Below are positions 15,878 through 24,553 of a stretch of DNA of 34,553 nt, one piece after another. The notes under the pieces were generated by a model. It searched no databases, was not told the origin of the DNA, and was given only the letters and a program-made list of their open reading frames with translations. Every line of letters begins with the position of its first letter. Within the stretch, counting starts at the first letter, position 1. Source of the stretch: an uncultured Desulfobacteraceae bacterium (GTDB lineage Bacteria > Desulfobacterota > Desulfobacteria > Desulfobacterales > 4572-123); NCBI GenBank assembly GCA_964522985.1, contig CAZFXX010000004.1, positions 1-34,553 on the forward strand. The letters run 5' to 3'. The position numbers and the translations under genes were made by a program.

Positions 15878-18676
15878 ATGCAAAATAATGATCAATCAGA
15901 TCAGATTTCCAGTCGGCTGGAATTTCATCGCACCGCAGTGGCCCTGATGCCTGAACCCGATGACGGAGATCCGGGCATTGCCATGATGGTTGACGTCTCC
16001 TTTGGCCGGGTGTCTCAACGATTTTGTACCTGCAGTAGATCCGGTTCCGGAACCTGTGCCCATCTTCGGAAACTGTCCGGTATTTACAGAAAGTTAGAAA
16101 AAGACGCCTGCGACACAAATTTTGAAGAAAATTTCAAAAACAGTGTCTGGCATGATCTCCTGGTCGTAATGGCGGACGGATGTCGGGAGACACCCGAAAG
16201 TGTTACACTGAAAACAGGCGGCCGAGGCGATTCAAAATACCTGCAGGTTGTGGGTCGCCAAAATGTACTTTTTTTCACCTACTTTCCCATTGGAAAAGAT
16301 TTTTCACGATTTATGGAACGTTGTCTAAACTTGACCGACGGTACCTTTGTACCTACCCGGGGAAATATTCTTTCACGACTTGCACTTCTGACATTGACGG
16401 ATAATGAACGAATTATGCAGGCCAGTGGTCTCAAAAGCAGACGACAGGTGATGGAAAACAGTATCTGGTTCAGGTTTGCATATCACGGGTATCGTGAATT
16501 TGGTCAAAATGGCTGTCTGTTTCATGAGGCCGTCGATGAAACAAGCGGCATGTTTCTGATCAAGGGGAAAAATTCAAAGGGTAATTTGATTTTTTCGCTG
16601 GAAATTCCCCGTCCGAAGGTTAAACGGGTTCTTGATGCACTAAAAGACAAACTTTCCAATCAGCATGGTGTAACCATCTGCCCGGTACCGCTTGATACTA
16701 TTTTTGATGTCAGGATGAATAAAGACCTTGATCTGGAAGTCATGCAGCTGATCCGGGTGATTCAAAAAAAAGGTGAGATCAAATTTTTTGAAAAAAAAGA
16801 TTTCAAAAAATATCAATACGGGGATCTCTATTATATCCCGGAACTTAACATTATAGCGGATGATTCCAACCCCGGCCAGGCGGTTTATGACACGGATGAG
16901 TCCATGGCCGCGCTCATTCAACGATCTCAGGTGCCGGAATTTTTGGCAGAACACCGCGATGCCTTGAAACAGAAACACTGGCATTTTGATAAAAGTGTCC
17001 GAAAACTGAAAATTATCAACGATTTTGACTCAATTGAAGTTATCCCGAAGGCGATTGATCGTAACTGGTGCTGGCTTTCGATCAACTATGGTATTGGAAA
17101 TTATTCCATATCTCTGACTGATATCCTGCGGGCCCAAAAAGAGGGACAGCGATTTTTGAAAACCGACGACGGCTGGGTCGACTGCCGTTCACCGGAGTTA
17201 AAGAAATTAAGCGCATTGATCCACGGCAGTGATTCTGATACCAGCGCCGGAAACCCTGATCAGATTAAATTGAGCCGGCTGGGTCTCTTGAAAATAAAGG
17301 CGTTCAGTGACAAAAATTGGACTGTAAAGGGCCATGCGGATCGTGTCCGGGAACTGAATCAGCTGTTTAACGGCAGAACAATGCATCCCATGCCGACAGT
17401 AAAGGGGATGACATCGGCACTGCGGTCCTATCAGCAGATCGGCGCAAAATGGCTCTGGTTTTTATATGAAAACAGGTTTGGTGGCCTGCTGTGCGATGAT
17501 ATGGGGCTGGGCAAAACTCATCAAGTGATGGCTTTTTTGCTGGCCCTTACCGAACAGGACCCTGCTGCCGGTCCGTTTTTGGTGATCTGTCCGACCACGG
17601 TATTGAGTCACTGGCGCGGGAAAATAAGTGAACACGTCCCTGCTCTCAAGGCTGCTGTCTATCATGCCGCCGACAATCTGGATGCCCGGATAAAACTTGG
17701 GTTGACGGGAACGCCCATAGAAAATTCCATCAGCGATCTTAAAGCGCTCATGGACCTGAGTGTACCCGGATTTCTGGACGCAACGGATGCCTTTAACCGT
17801 CGGTATGCCGATCCCATTGAACAGGATGCAAAAAGCAATCGGCGCGAAGAATTAAGTCGCCTGATATCCCCCTTTACCCTGCGACGTCTAAAGAATACGG
17901 TGTTAAAGGAACTGCCGGATAAGATTGAAAACCAGATGGCCTGTCGTCTCAGTGATGATCAGATCAAGCTTTACAGGGATGCCCTGGCCTCCAGAGGGGC
18001 CAGACTGATGGCAACTCTCGACCGTAAGGATGAACCGGTTCCCTATCTTCATGTTTTTGCCCTGCTCAATCTGCTCAAGCAGATCTGTAACCACCCAGCC
18101 CTGTTGGAAAAAAATGTTGAAGCATATACCCGGTATGGGTCCGGGAAATGGGATCTTTTCCAGGAGATCTTGACGCAAAGTCTGGAGAGTGGGCAAAAGG
18201 TGGTGGTTTACAGCCAGTATCTGAAAATGATCGATATCATCGGCCACTATCTGAAACAGCAGCAAATTAAACATGTTACCCTCACCGGGGCTAGTCGCAA
18301 CCGGGGCGACCGGATTGCCCGGTTTAACGATGATCCGAATTGCAGGGTTTTTGTGGGCAGTCTCAAGGCAGGCGGTACGGGGATCGATCTGGTATCCGCC
18401 TCGGTGGTGATTCATTACGATCGCTGGTGGAATGCGGCCCGGGAAGATCAGGCCACGGACCGGGTTCACCGGATCGGCCAGAAAAAGGGGGTCCACATTT
18501 TTAAACTGATGACCGAGGGCACCCTGGAAGAAAAAATTGCCGCCATCATAGAAAAAAAGAAAAACATGATGGACGCGGTAATGTTAAAGGATGATCCCGG
18601 ATTCTTGAAAACTTTTTCGCGGAAAGATTTGATGGAGATGCTTTCCATACCTGTATTGGTTGAAAATGAAAAATGA
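15878..18676 (+). CDS. SWIM zinc-finger / SNF2-family helicase-like protein (motif II apparently missing)
   Basis: The N-terminal SWIM finger is CTCSRSGSGTCAHL. SNF2 motifs present are I (DDMGLGKT), Ia (VICPTTVLSHW), III (LTGTPIENS), IV (VVVYSQY), V (GGTGIDL) and VI (WWNAAREDQATDRVHRIGQ). There is no DExH box between Ia and III. Confidence 0.85.
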   Translation: MQNNDQSDQISSRLEFHRTAVALMPEPDDGDPGIAMMVDVSFGRVSQRFCTCSRSGSGTCAHLRKLSGIYRKLEKDACDTNFEENFKNSVWHDLLVVMADGCRETPESVTLKTGGRGDSKYLQVVGRQNVLFFTYFPIGKDFSRFMERCLNLTDGTFVPTRGNILSRLALLTLTDNERIMQASGLKSRRQVMENSIWFRFAYHGYREFGQNGCLFHEAVDETSGMFLIKGKNSKGNLIFSLEIPRPKVKRVLDALKDKLSNQHGVTICPVPLDTIFDVRMNKDLDLEVMQLIRVIQKKGEIKFFEKKDFKKYQYGDLYYIPELNIIADDSNPGQAVYDTDESMAALIQRSQVPEFLAEHRDALKQKHWHFDKSVRKLKIINDFDSIEVIPKAIDRNWCWLSINYGIGNYSISLTDILRAQKEGQRFLKTDDGWVDCRSPELKKLSALIHGSDSDTSAGNPDQIKLSRLGLLKIKAFSDKNWTVKGHADRVRELNQLFNGRTMHPMPTVKGMTSALRSYQQIGAKWLWFLYENRFGGLLCDDMGLGKTHQVMAFLLALTEQDPAAGPFLVICPTTVLSHWRGKISEHVPALKAAVYHAADNLDARIKLGLTGTPIENSISDLKALMDLSVPGFLDATDAFNRRYADPIEQDAKSNRREELSRLISPFTLRRLKNTVLKELPDKIENQMACRLSDDQIKLYRDALASRGARLMATLDRKDEPVPYLHVFALLNLLKQICNHPALLEKNVEAYTRYGSGKWDLFQEILTQSLESGQKVVVYSQYLKMIDIIGHYLKQQQIKHVTLTGASRNRGDRIARFNDDPNCRVFVGSLKAGGTGIDLVSASVVIHYDRWWNAAREDQATDRVHRIGQKKGVHIFKLMTEGTLEEKIAAIIEKKKNMMDAVMLKDDPGFLKTFSRKDLMEMLSIPVLVENEK

Positions 18677-18886
18677 GTTCACCACCTACCCATTTCATAC
18701 CTTTTTTTTTATCATTTCCCATTGATGCCCTCAGGCCTATAGTCGTGAAAATATTTGGGCGAGTAAGCGGCCGATCCAAACCCTTTCCCATGGTTTTTGA
18801 ATAGGATACAACTAACCGATAAAATCAAAGCGCAGTTTGCAATCGATTGAAAATTTTTATATCGTTTTGCGTGGCTTAAAACGTTC

Positions 18887-18914
18887 TTGACTTAAATGAT
18901 ATCAATCATATATT
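18887..18914 (+). promoter_or_regulatory. sigma-70-like promoter (TTGACT-N16-TATATT)
   Basis: The -35 TTGACT is at 18887-18892 and the -10 TATATT at 18909-18914. It lies in the 469-bp spacer upstream of phoH, about 230 nt before the ATG. Confidence 0.3.
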
Positions 18915-19145
18915 GACTCTCATGCCTTTTGGTGAATAAATATAGTTTTTTTGTAAAAGACCAGGGCAACGGTTATGGAATATAGCATCCATGGCATGTG
19001 GGTTATTATCAATAAATTATTTTTTTATTGCAACAAGAGCAACACCATGGCATTAAACAACCTGAAAAAACAGTAAATTAGTGTAGCATGAGCCATAAAA
19101 CAGGTCACGGAATCAAATTTTATATCTGTATTCCGTCCAATATTA

Positions 19146-20153
19146 ATGAACAATTATTCTAAAAATAATCAAATTAAAATTACCTTTGCAGATATTGGAC
19201 TGACTCGGCAGCTTTTCGGCGAGCATAACGAAAATCTGCAAAAAATCGCAGGGGCTCTCGGTATTGAAATCCATGCCCGCGGCAATACGGTTATCGTTTC
19301 CGGAGACAGTATTCAGGCGGCCCTGGCCCAAAATATTCTCAAACAGCTTTACGGCCTGTTGAAAGGCAACTATCCGCTTTACCCCAACGACATAGACTTT
19401 GCGGTCAAGGCATTAAGCGGCAACGACCAGGTCAATCTTAAAAACCTTTTTCTGGACAAAATTTTCATCACTTCCAAAAAACAGGCCATAACGCCTAAAA
19501 ATCCTTCCCAGAAAAACTATATCGACGCGATTCGGATGTTTGATATTGTTTTTAGTATCGGCCCCGCAGGGACCGGAAAAACATACCTGGCCATGGCCAT
19601 GGCGGTTTCAGCTCTTGCTAAAGGTATTGTCAGCCGTATTGTTTTAACCCGACCAGCCGTGGAGGCCGGAGAAGCCTTAGGATTTTTACCGGGAGACCTT
19701 ACTGAAAAAGTCGATCCCTACCTGCGGCCGCTTTACGACGCACTGCACGACATGATGAGATTTGAAAAAATCGCCGACCTGATGCAAAAAAGGGTTATCG
19801 AGGTTGCCCCTATCGCGTTCATGCGTGGACGGACCCTGAACGATTCCTTTATAATTCTGGATGAAGCGCAAAACACAACCTCCGAACAGATGAAAATGTT
19901 TCTCACCCGAATCGGGTTCAACTCCAAGGCAGTGATTACGGGAGATATCACGCAGGTTGACATTCCTGTCGAGAAAACTTCCGGCTTGATCGAAGCCAAA
20001 AATATTCTGCAGGATATAGACGGCATCAAATTTGTCTTTTTTTCTAAAACCGATGTCGTAAGGCATCGACTGGTTCAGCAAGTTATCAAAGCATACGAAG
20101 ATTTGGAAAATCAAAAAGACCGCAGACGCATAAAAAACAACGATCCGATTTGA
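19146..20153 (+). CDS. phoH: PhoH-family ATPase (PhoH/YbeZ-like)
   Basis: It has Walker A GPAGTGKTYLAMA, LTRPAVEAGE.LGFLPG, ILDEAQN, and the conserved position upstream of the 7TM-HD protein and ybeY. Confidence 0.9.
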   Translation: MNNYSKNNQIKITFADIGLTRQLFGEHNENLQKIAGALGIEIHARGNTVIVSGDSIQAALAQNILKQLYGLLKGNYPLYPNDIDFAVKALSGNDQVNLKNLFLDKIFITSKKQAITPKNPSQKNYIDAIRMFDIVFSIGPAGTGKTYLAMAMAVSALAKGIVSRIVLTRPAVEAGEALGFLPGDLTEKVDPYLRPLYDALHDMMRFEKIADLMQKRVIEVAPIAFMRGRTLNDSFIILDEAQNTTSEQMKMFLTRIGFNSKAVITGDITQVDIPVEKTSGLIEAKNILQDIDGIKFVFFSKTDVVRHRLVQQVIKAYEDLENQKDRRRIKNNDPI

Positions 20154-20223
20154 TTTAAACTACTTGAATCAGCTTATAAAAACCAATGCCGAAGCGTTGA
20201 TTAACATCAGATAAATCATACTT

Positions 20224-22638
20224 ATGGAAAAACACAAACACGCTTTCAATAACTTTATCATGTCGGGGAATACGGTCCGTTGGAGCATTTTAGTTCTTGT
20301 CACCGTCATTTTTGCCATTATTTTTTGCCCGAATCTTGCGACAAAGCAGCATGCCTATCAACTGGGTGATGTCGTTGAACGGGACCTCAAGGCCCCAAAA
20401 GACTTTCTGGTCCAGGACGACATGGCCACCGAAGAAAGCCGCAAACGGGCCATTGAAAACGTTTTAACGGTCTATGATCACAATACGACGCTGCTTGTTC
20501 AGTTGACAAAAAAGATTCAGGCAGCCTTTGGTATGGTTCAAGCGATCATCAGTACTGAAAATCAGGTGCCATCAATAAACCAAGCAGATCAATCCGGACA
20601 GAGCGGTGAACCCGTGGAGGAGCAACCGGTTTCCAAAGTTTCTCTGCAGGATATGATCTGGCAAAAAAAAGCTGAATTTGAAAAAAAAATTGATATCAGC
20701 GTCAGCAAAGAAGCCTACAAGCTTCTTGAAAGCAATCAATTCGCAACCGAAATTCCGGCGTTATTGATTCAGATTCTGACCGCTATCCTGGATAACGGCG
20801 TAGTTGCCAATAAAAAAATACTGCTGACGGAATCCGATAAGGGTATAACCTTAAGGGATCTTTCCACTAAAAATGAAACCACTGTTTTCAACTTGAAGCA
20901 GTTTTACAGCCTTGAGCAGTCCCGGGCCATGGTCAGAATTGTCGGTCAGCCCCTGCTCAAGGAAATGCACTATACGCTGGTGAACCTTATCGTCGATTTT
21001 TCTCAGCGAACCATACAACCCAATATCACCTTAAATCAAAGCGCCACCGAGGAACGAAAAAAAGAAGCAGCCGAAGCAGTGCTGCCGATCCTCTACAAAA
21101 TCAAAGCCGGAGAAATGATACTGCGTGAGGGAGAACGGGTGACCCAACTCCAGTTGCTCAAACTCAAAAATATGCAGGCCCAGACCCGCGATGAACGGGC
21201 GATCGCCAACGGCCTGGGGGTAACCCTCGTTGTTCTCTGCCTCCTGCTGATAACCTATGTTTCATTTCTTCACAATAATCCCCGGATTGCCCGTAATTAC
21301 AACAAAAGCATTCTGTTCCTGGCCAGTGTTCTGACAATTTTTCTTATTATTATTAAGGTTTCGGCCATATTATCCCAACCCATGGCACTGAGTGTATCCG
21401 ATGCCTTTTCAGTTGATTCCATCACAATGGCGATTCCCGTAGCGGCCGGTGCAATGACCATCTGCCTTTTCATGGGATTTCAAGTTGCGTTTCCCTTTGC
21501 TTTTATTTTATCGGCCCTTACGACAGTTTTGCTTCAAAACCAATTTGACCTGTTCATCTATTTTTTTCTAAGCAGCCTCATGGGGGCATTCTGGATTCAG
21601 GACTGCCGGGAACGCAAAAGCCTGATCAAAGCCGGAGTGAAACTCGGTTTTCTGAACCTGATCCTGACATCGGTCATTAATTTGTATATGGGAGAATTTG
21701 CCGGAATCAAGCTGCTCTGGGATTGGGCTTTTGCCATGCTTGGCGGTATTAGTGCCGGAATTATAACCCTGGGTATAACACCGCTTTTTGAAATTACATT
21801 CAGGTATAACACGGATATTTCATTGCTTGAACTTGCCAATCTTGATCAACCGATTCTTAAACGCCTCATGCTGGAGGCCCCGGGGACCTACCACCATTCA
21901 GTCCTTGTGGGAACGATGGTTGAGGCAGCCGCCTCAGAAATCGGTGCCAACCCGCTGCTTGCAAAAGTATGCGCCTATTATCATGATATCGGCAAATTAA
22001 AAAACCCGCTTTATTTTATTGAAAACCAGTCAAACGGTAAAAACCGGCATGACAAACTGGCGCCGTCCATGTCAAGCCTTATCCTTATCTCCCATGTAAA
22101 AAACGGGGTCGAGATCGCCCAAAAAAATAAACTTGGCGAACGCATCATCGACACCATAAGACAGCATCATGGAACAAGCCTCATCCGTTATTTCTATGAA
22201 AAAGCCAAACAGATCAAAGGTGAAGATAATGTAAATATTGAAAATTATCGGTATCCCGGCCCAAAACCGCAAACCCGCGAAGTGGGGCTTGTGATGCTGG
22301 CGGACGTGGTTGAAGCAAGCTCCAGGACCCTTGATAATCCAACGTCTTCAAGAATCAAAGGGCTGGTTCATAAAATGATAAACAAAATTTTTTCTGACGG
22401 GGAGCTTGATGAATGCGAACTGACATTAAAGGATCTGCATAAAATTGCCCGAAGCTATTATACAATATTAAGCGGCATATATCATCACCGCATAGAATAT
22501 GTCGAGAGTAGTGGCAAAGGCAGGGGAAAGGGTAAAAATGGGCATTCTGATCAACAACCGTCAAAACCGATACAGGATAACAACAAAAAAAATCGAGACG
22601 ATGACTCAGGCCATCTTAAACGCCTTGGGCTTTCCTGA
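20224..22638 (+). CDS. pgpH: 7TM-receptor / HD-domain phosphohydrolase (PgpH/YqfF-like HDIG protein)
   Basis: It has an extracellular N-terminal domain, about 7 TM helices in the middle, and a C-terminal HD domain (HHS..VG........GAN....V.AYYHDIGK; RQHHGT). The phoH - 7TM-HD - ybeY arrangement is classic. Confidence 0.8.
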   Translation: MEKHKHAFNNFIMSGNTVRWSILVLVTVIFAIIFCPNLATKQHAYQLGDVVERDLKAPKDFLVQDDMATEESRKRAIENVLTVYDHNTTLLVQLTKKIQAAFGMVQAIISTENQVPSINQADQSGQSGEPVEEQPVSKVSLQDMIWQKKAEFEKKIDISVSKEAYKLLESNQFATEIPALLIQILTAILDNGVVANKKILLTESDKGITLRDLSTKNETTVFNLKQFYSLEQSRAMVRIVGQPLLKEMHYTLVNLIVDFSQRTIQPNITLNQSATEERKKEAAEAVLPILYKIKAGEMILREGERVTQLQLLKLKNMQAQTRDERAIANGLGVTLVVLCLLLITYVSFLHNNPRIARNYNKSILFLASVLTIFLIIIKVSAILSQPMALSVSDAFSVDSITMAIPVAAGAMTICLFMGFQVAFPFAFILSALTTVLLQNQFDLFIYFFLSSLMGAFWIQDCRERKSLIKAGVKLGFLNLILTSVINLYMGEFAGIKLLWDWAFAMLGGISAGIITLGITPLFEITFRYNTDISLLELANLDQPILKRLMLEAPGTYHHSVLVGTMVEAAASEIGANPLLAKVCAYYHDIGKLKNPLYFIENQSNGKNRHDKLAPSMSSLILISHVKNGVEIAQKNKLGERIIDTIRQHHGTSLIRYFYEKAKQIKGEDNVNIENYRYPGPKPQTREVGLVMLADVVEASSRTLDNPTSSRIKGLVHKMINKIFSDGELDECELTLKDLHKIARSYYTILSGIYHHRIEYVESSGKGRGKGKNGHSDQQPSKPIQDNNKKNRDDDSGHLKRLGLS

Positions 22639-22981
22639 TGCGGAACTTTCCATTCTAATTGTGGATGATCGTGAAATCGAAAAATTAAATAAAAAATACC
22701 TCCACCGCGAGGGCCCGACAAATGTCATTGCATTTCCAATGCAAGAGGGTGATTTTAAGCATATTTCACCCCAATTGCTCGGAGATGTGGTCGTTTCGAT
22801 GGACACTGCACAAAAAGAAGCGAAGACAGGCGGTATTCATGTCGATGAACGTATGCTTGAGCTTCTGGTACACGGTATTCTTCATCTTGCGGGCTATGAT
22901 CATGAACTTTCGGAACCCGAAGCCCTGCGGATGGAAGTCAAAAGCAGTGAACTTTTAGCCATGGTTAAAAACCTTGCCTGA
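22538..22981 (+). CDS. ybeY: rRNA maturation endoribonuclease YbeY
   Basis: I trimmed ORF-track frame 22499..22981 to the ATG at 22538 (MGILINNRQ...). The metal-binding motif HGILHLAGYDH is present, and PTNVIAFP is typical. Confidence 0.9.
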   Translation: MGILINNRQNRYRITTKKIETMTQAILNALGFPDAELSILIVDDREIEKLNKKYLHREGPTNVIAFPMQEGDFKHISPQLLGDVVVSMDTAQKEAKTGGIHVDERMLELLVHGILHLAGYDHELSEPEALRMEVKSSELLAMVKNLA

Positions 22982-22982
22982 G

Positions 22983-23020
22983 TGCCATTGTAATGGCGGC
23001 AATTGGCATCTTTTATTTAC
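22983..23020 (+). terminator. candidate intrinsic terminator after ybeY
   Basis: TGCCATTG (22983-22990) pairs with CAATTGGCA (23000-23008) with one bulged T. The stem is followed by TCTTTTATTT. Confidence 0.4.
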
Positions 23021-23115
23021 TGGTTTACACTTTTTTTAAATAACATTTTTTTGTCGGGTTTAAGATACCGAAACTTGAAATTAGGGATTGGGTATAAAGT
23101 AATGAGGGATTTCAA

Positions 23116-23835
23116 ATGTCTGGATTAATTGTAAATATAGATAGAGTCGCCGCTTTGCGACAAATTGGTACAGCGGCAACTCCGGACCCCGTTGCGGCTG
23201 CAGTTCTGATCGAAACAGCCGGGGCCGGAGGTGTTGCCGTCCATCTGTGGAAAGACCGGCGTCATATCCAGGATCGTGATGTCCGGATACTCAGACAAAT
23301 TGTCCAGTCCATGTTTATCCTGGAAATCGCTCCGACATCCGAAATGGCGGGTGTCGCTCTTGATCTTAAACCTGACCGTATCGTTCTGGTACCGGAGCAA
23401 TATGAAGAAACCACGCCTGCAGGCGGGCTCGATCTGATTGTGCATAAGGATTCAGTGGCTGAAACCATCTCCACTTTTCAAAACAATGGCCTATCTGCAG
23501 GCGTCCTGATCGATTCTGATCCGGAACAGATAAGGATTGCGCATCAGATTAACGCCAACCAGGTGACCCTTCATTTAAAAGCCTTCCATGACGCAAAGAC
23601 GGCCATAAAGAAGCAACGGGCTTTTGACGAAACAGTAGATGCCGTTAAGCTCTCCCGCAGGCTTAACCTGCAGGTAGCTGTTTGCCGCGGGCTGGATTAT
23701 AATACGATAAGGACGTTTAAAAAGTTGCCGGAGATAGATGAATTTATCATAGGACATGGTATCGTGGCCAGGGCACTGCTTACCGGGTTTGAAAAAGCGG
23801 TCCGGGACATGCTGGACCTGATCAAAGCGCTGTAG
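23116..23835 (+). CDS. pdxJ: pyridoxine 5'-phosphate synthase (PdxJ) family protein, divergent at several canonical active-site motifs
   Basis: It is colinear over its full length with PdxJ (VNID., PDPV.AA...E.AGA.G..VHL..DRRHI.DRDV..L, LE.A, LVPE...E.TT..GLD, IGH.I..RA...G...AV..M). It reads NIDR, HLWKDRRH, TLHLK and AVCRGL where canonical PdxJ has NIDH, HLREDRRH, ELHTG and NAGHGL. Confidence 0.8.
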   Translation: MSGLIVNIDRVAALRQIGTAATPDPVAAAVLIETAGAGGVAVHLWKDRRHIQDRDVRILRQIVQSMFILEIAPTSEMAGVALDLKPDRIVLVPEQYEETTPAGGLDLIVHKDSVAETISTFQNNGLSAGVLIDSDPEQIRIAHQINANQVTLHLKAFHDAKTAIKKQRAFDETVDAVKLSRRLNLQVAVCRGLDYNTIRTFKKLPEIDEFIIGHGIVARALLTGFEKAVRDMLDLIKAL

Positions 23836-24027
23836 TGAACACAATGTGAGTGATCAAGCCTCCCGTTTTTTTAAAAATAAGGTATGCGTCTTAAAAAAAA
23901 TATTTCAACACGATCACCTTTCATTACGCATCACTCGAGTCCTTTATTCCAAAAAAACTTTATTCGGCAATATTGATTTAACATATTGAAAATACTTTAT
24001 TATTTAATTACCGTCCAGACACTAATT

Positions 24028-24507
24028 ATGAATTTAAAAAATGGTGTTTTAAAATATCAGACGATATCCAGCTCACCGGAACAGACCCGGGCACTGGGTA
24101 AAAAAATCGGCAGGCTGCTTGCCGCCGGCAGTGTTCTGGCACTTCGCGGTGACTTGGGAAGCGGTAAGACCGTCTTTGTCCAGGGACTGGCAGCCGGCCT
24201 GGATGTCCCGGACACCTGCTATGTTACAAGTCCGACCTATACCCTGATAAACGAGTATCCCGGACGTCTGCCGCTCTTTCATGTTGATTTATATCGATTG
24301 AATGAACCACTTGACATGGAGGAGATCGGCCTGTATGACATTCTTCGCGAAAACAATATTACCGCCATTGAATGGGCTGAAAGACTGGGGGATGATCTGT
24401 TCCATGAATATTTATCCCTCGAATTCACCATAAAAAGCGATAAGTCACGTAAAATCAACATGATGGCTCATGGCTCAGCCGCGGGAAGCATATTGGAAAA
24501 AATGTAA
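24028..24507 (+). CDS. tsaE: tRNA t6A37 biosynthesis ATPase TsaE (YjeE)
   Basis: I trimmed ORF-track frame 23986 (TTG) to the ATG at 24028. It has the P-loop GDLGSGKT, SPTYTL...Y and HVDLYRL, all TsaE signatures. Confidence 0.85.
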   Translation: MNLKNGVLKYQTISSSPEQTRALGKKIGRLLAAGSVLALRGDLGSGKTVFVQGLAAGLDVPDTCYVTSPTYTLINEYPGRLPLFHVDLYRLNEPLDMEEIGLYDILRENNITAIEWAERLGDDLFHEYLSLEFTIKSDKSRKINMMAHGSAAGSILEKM

Positions 24508-24553
24508 AGGGTCACGGCTTGAAGCTTTAAATTTTAATTTTCAAGGAATAAAT

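Noticed and set aside
24508-24553. Lysine riboswitch or leader upstream of lysC
   Set aside because: Only 46 nt separate the tsaE stop from the lysC start. That is far too short for an L-box, and no conserved riboswitch core is visible.
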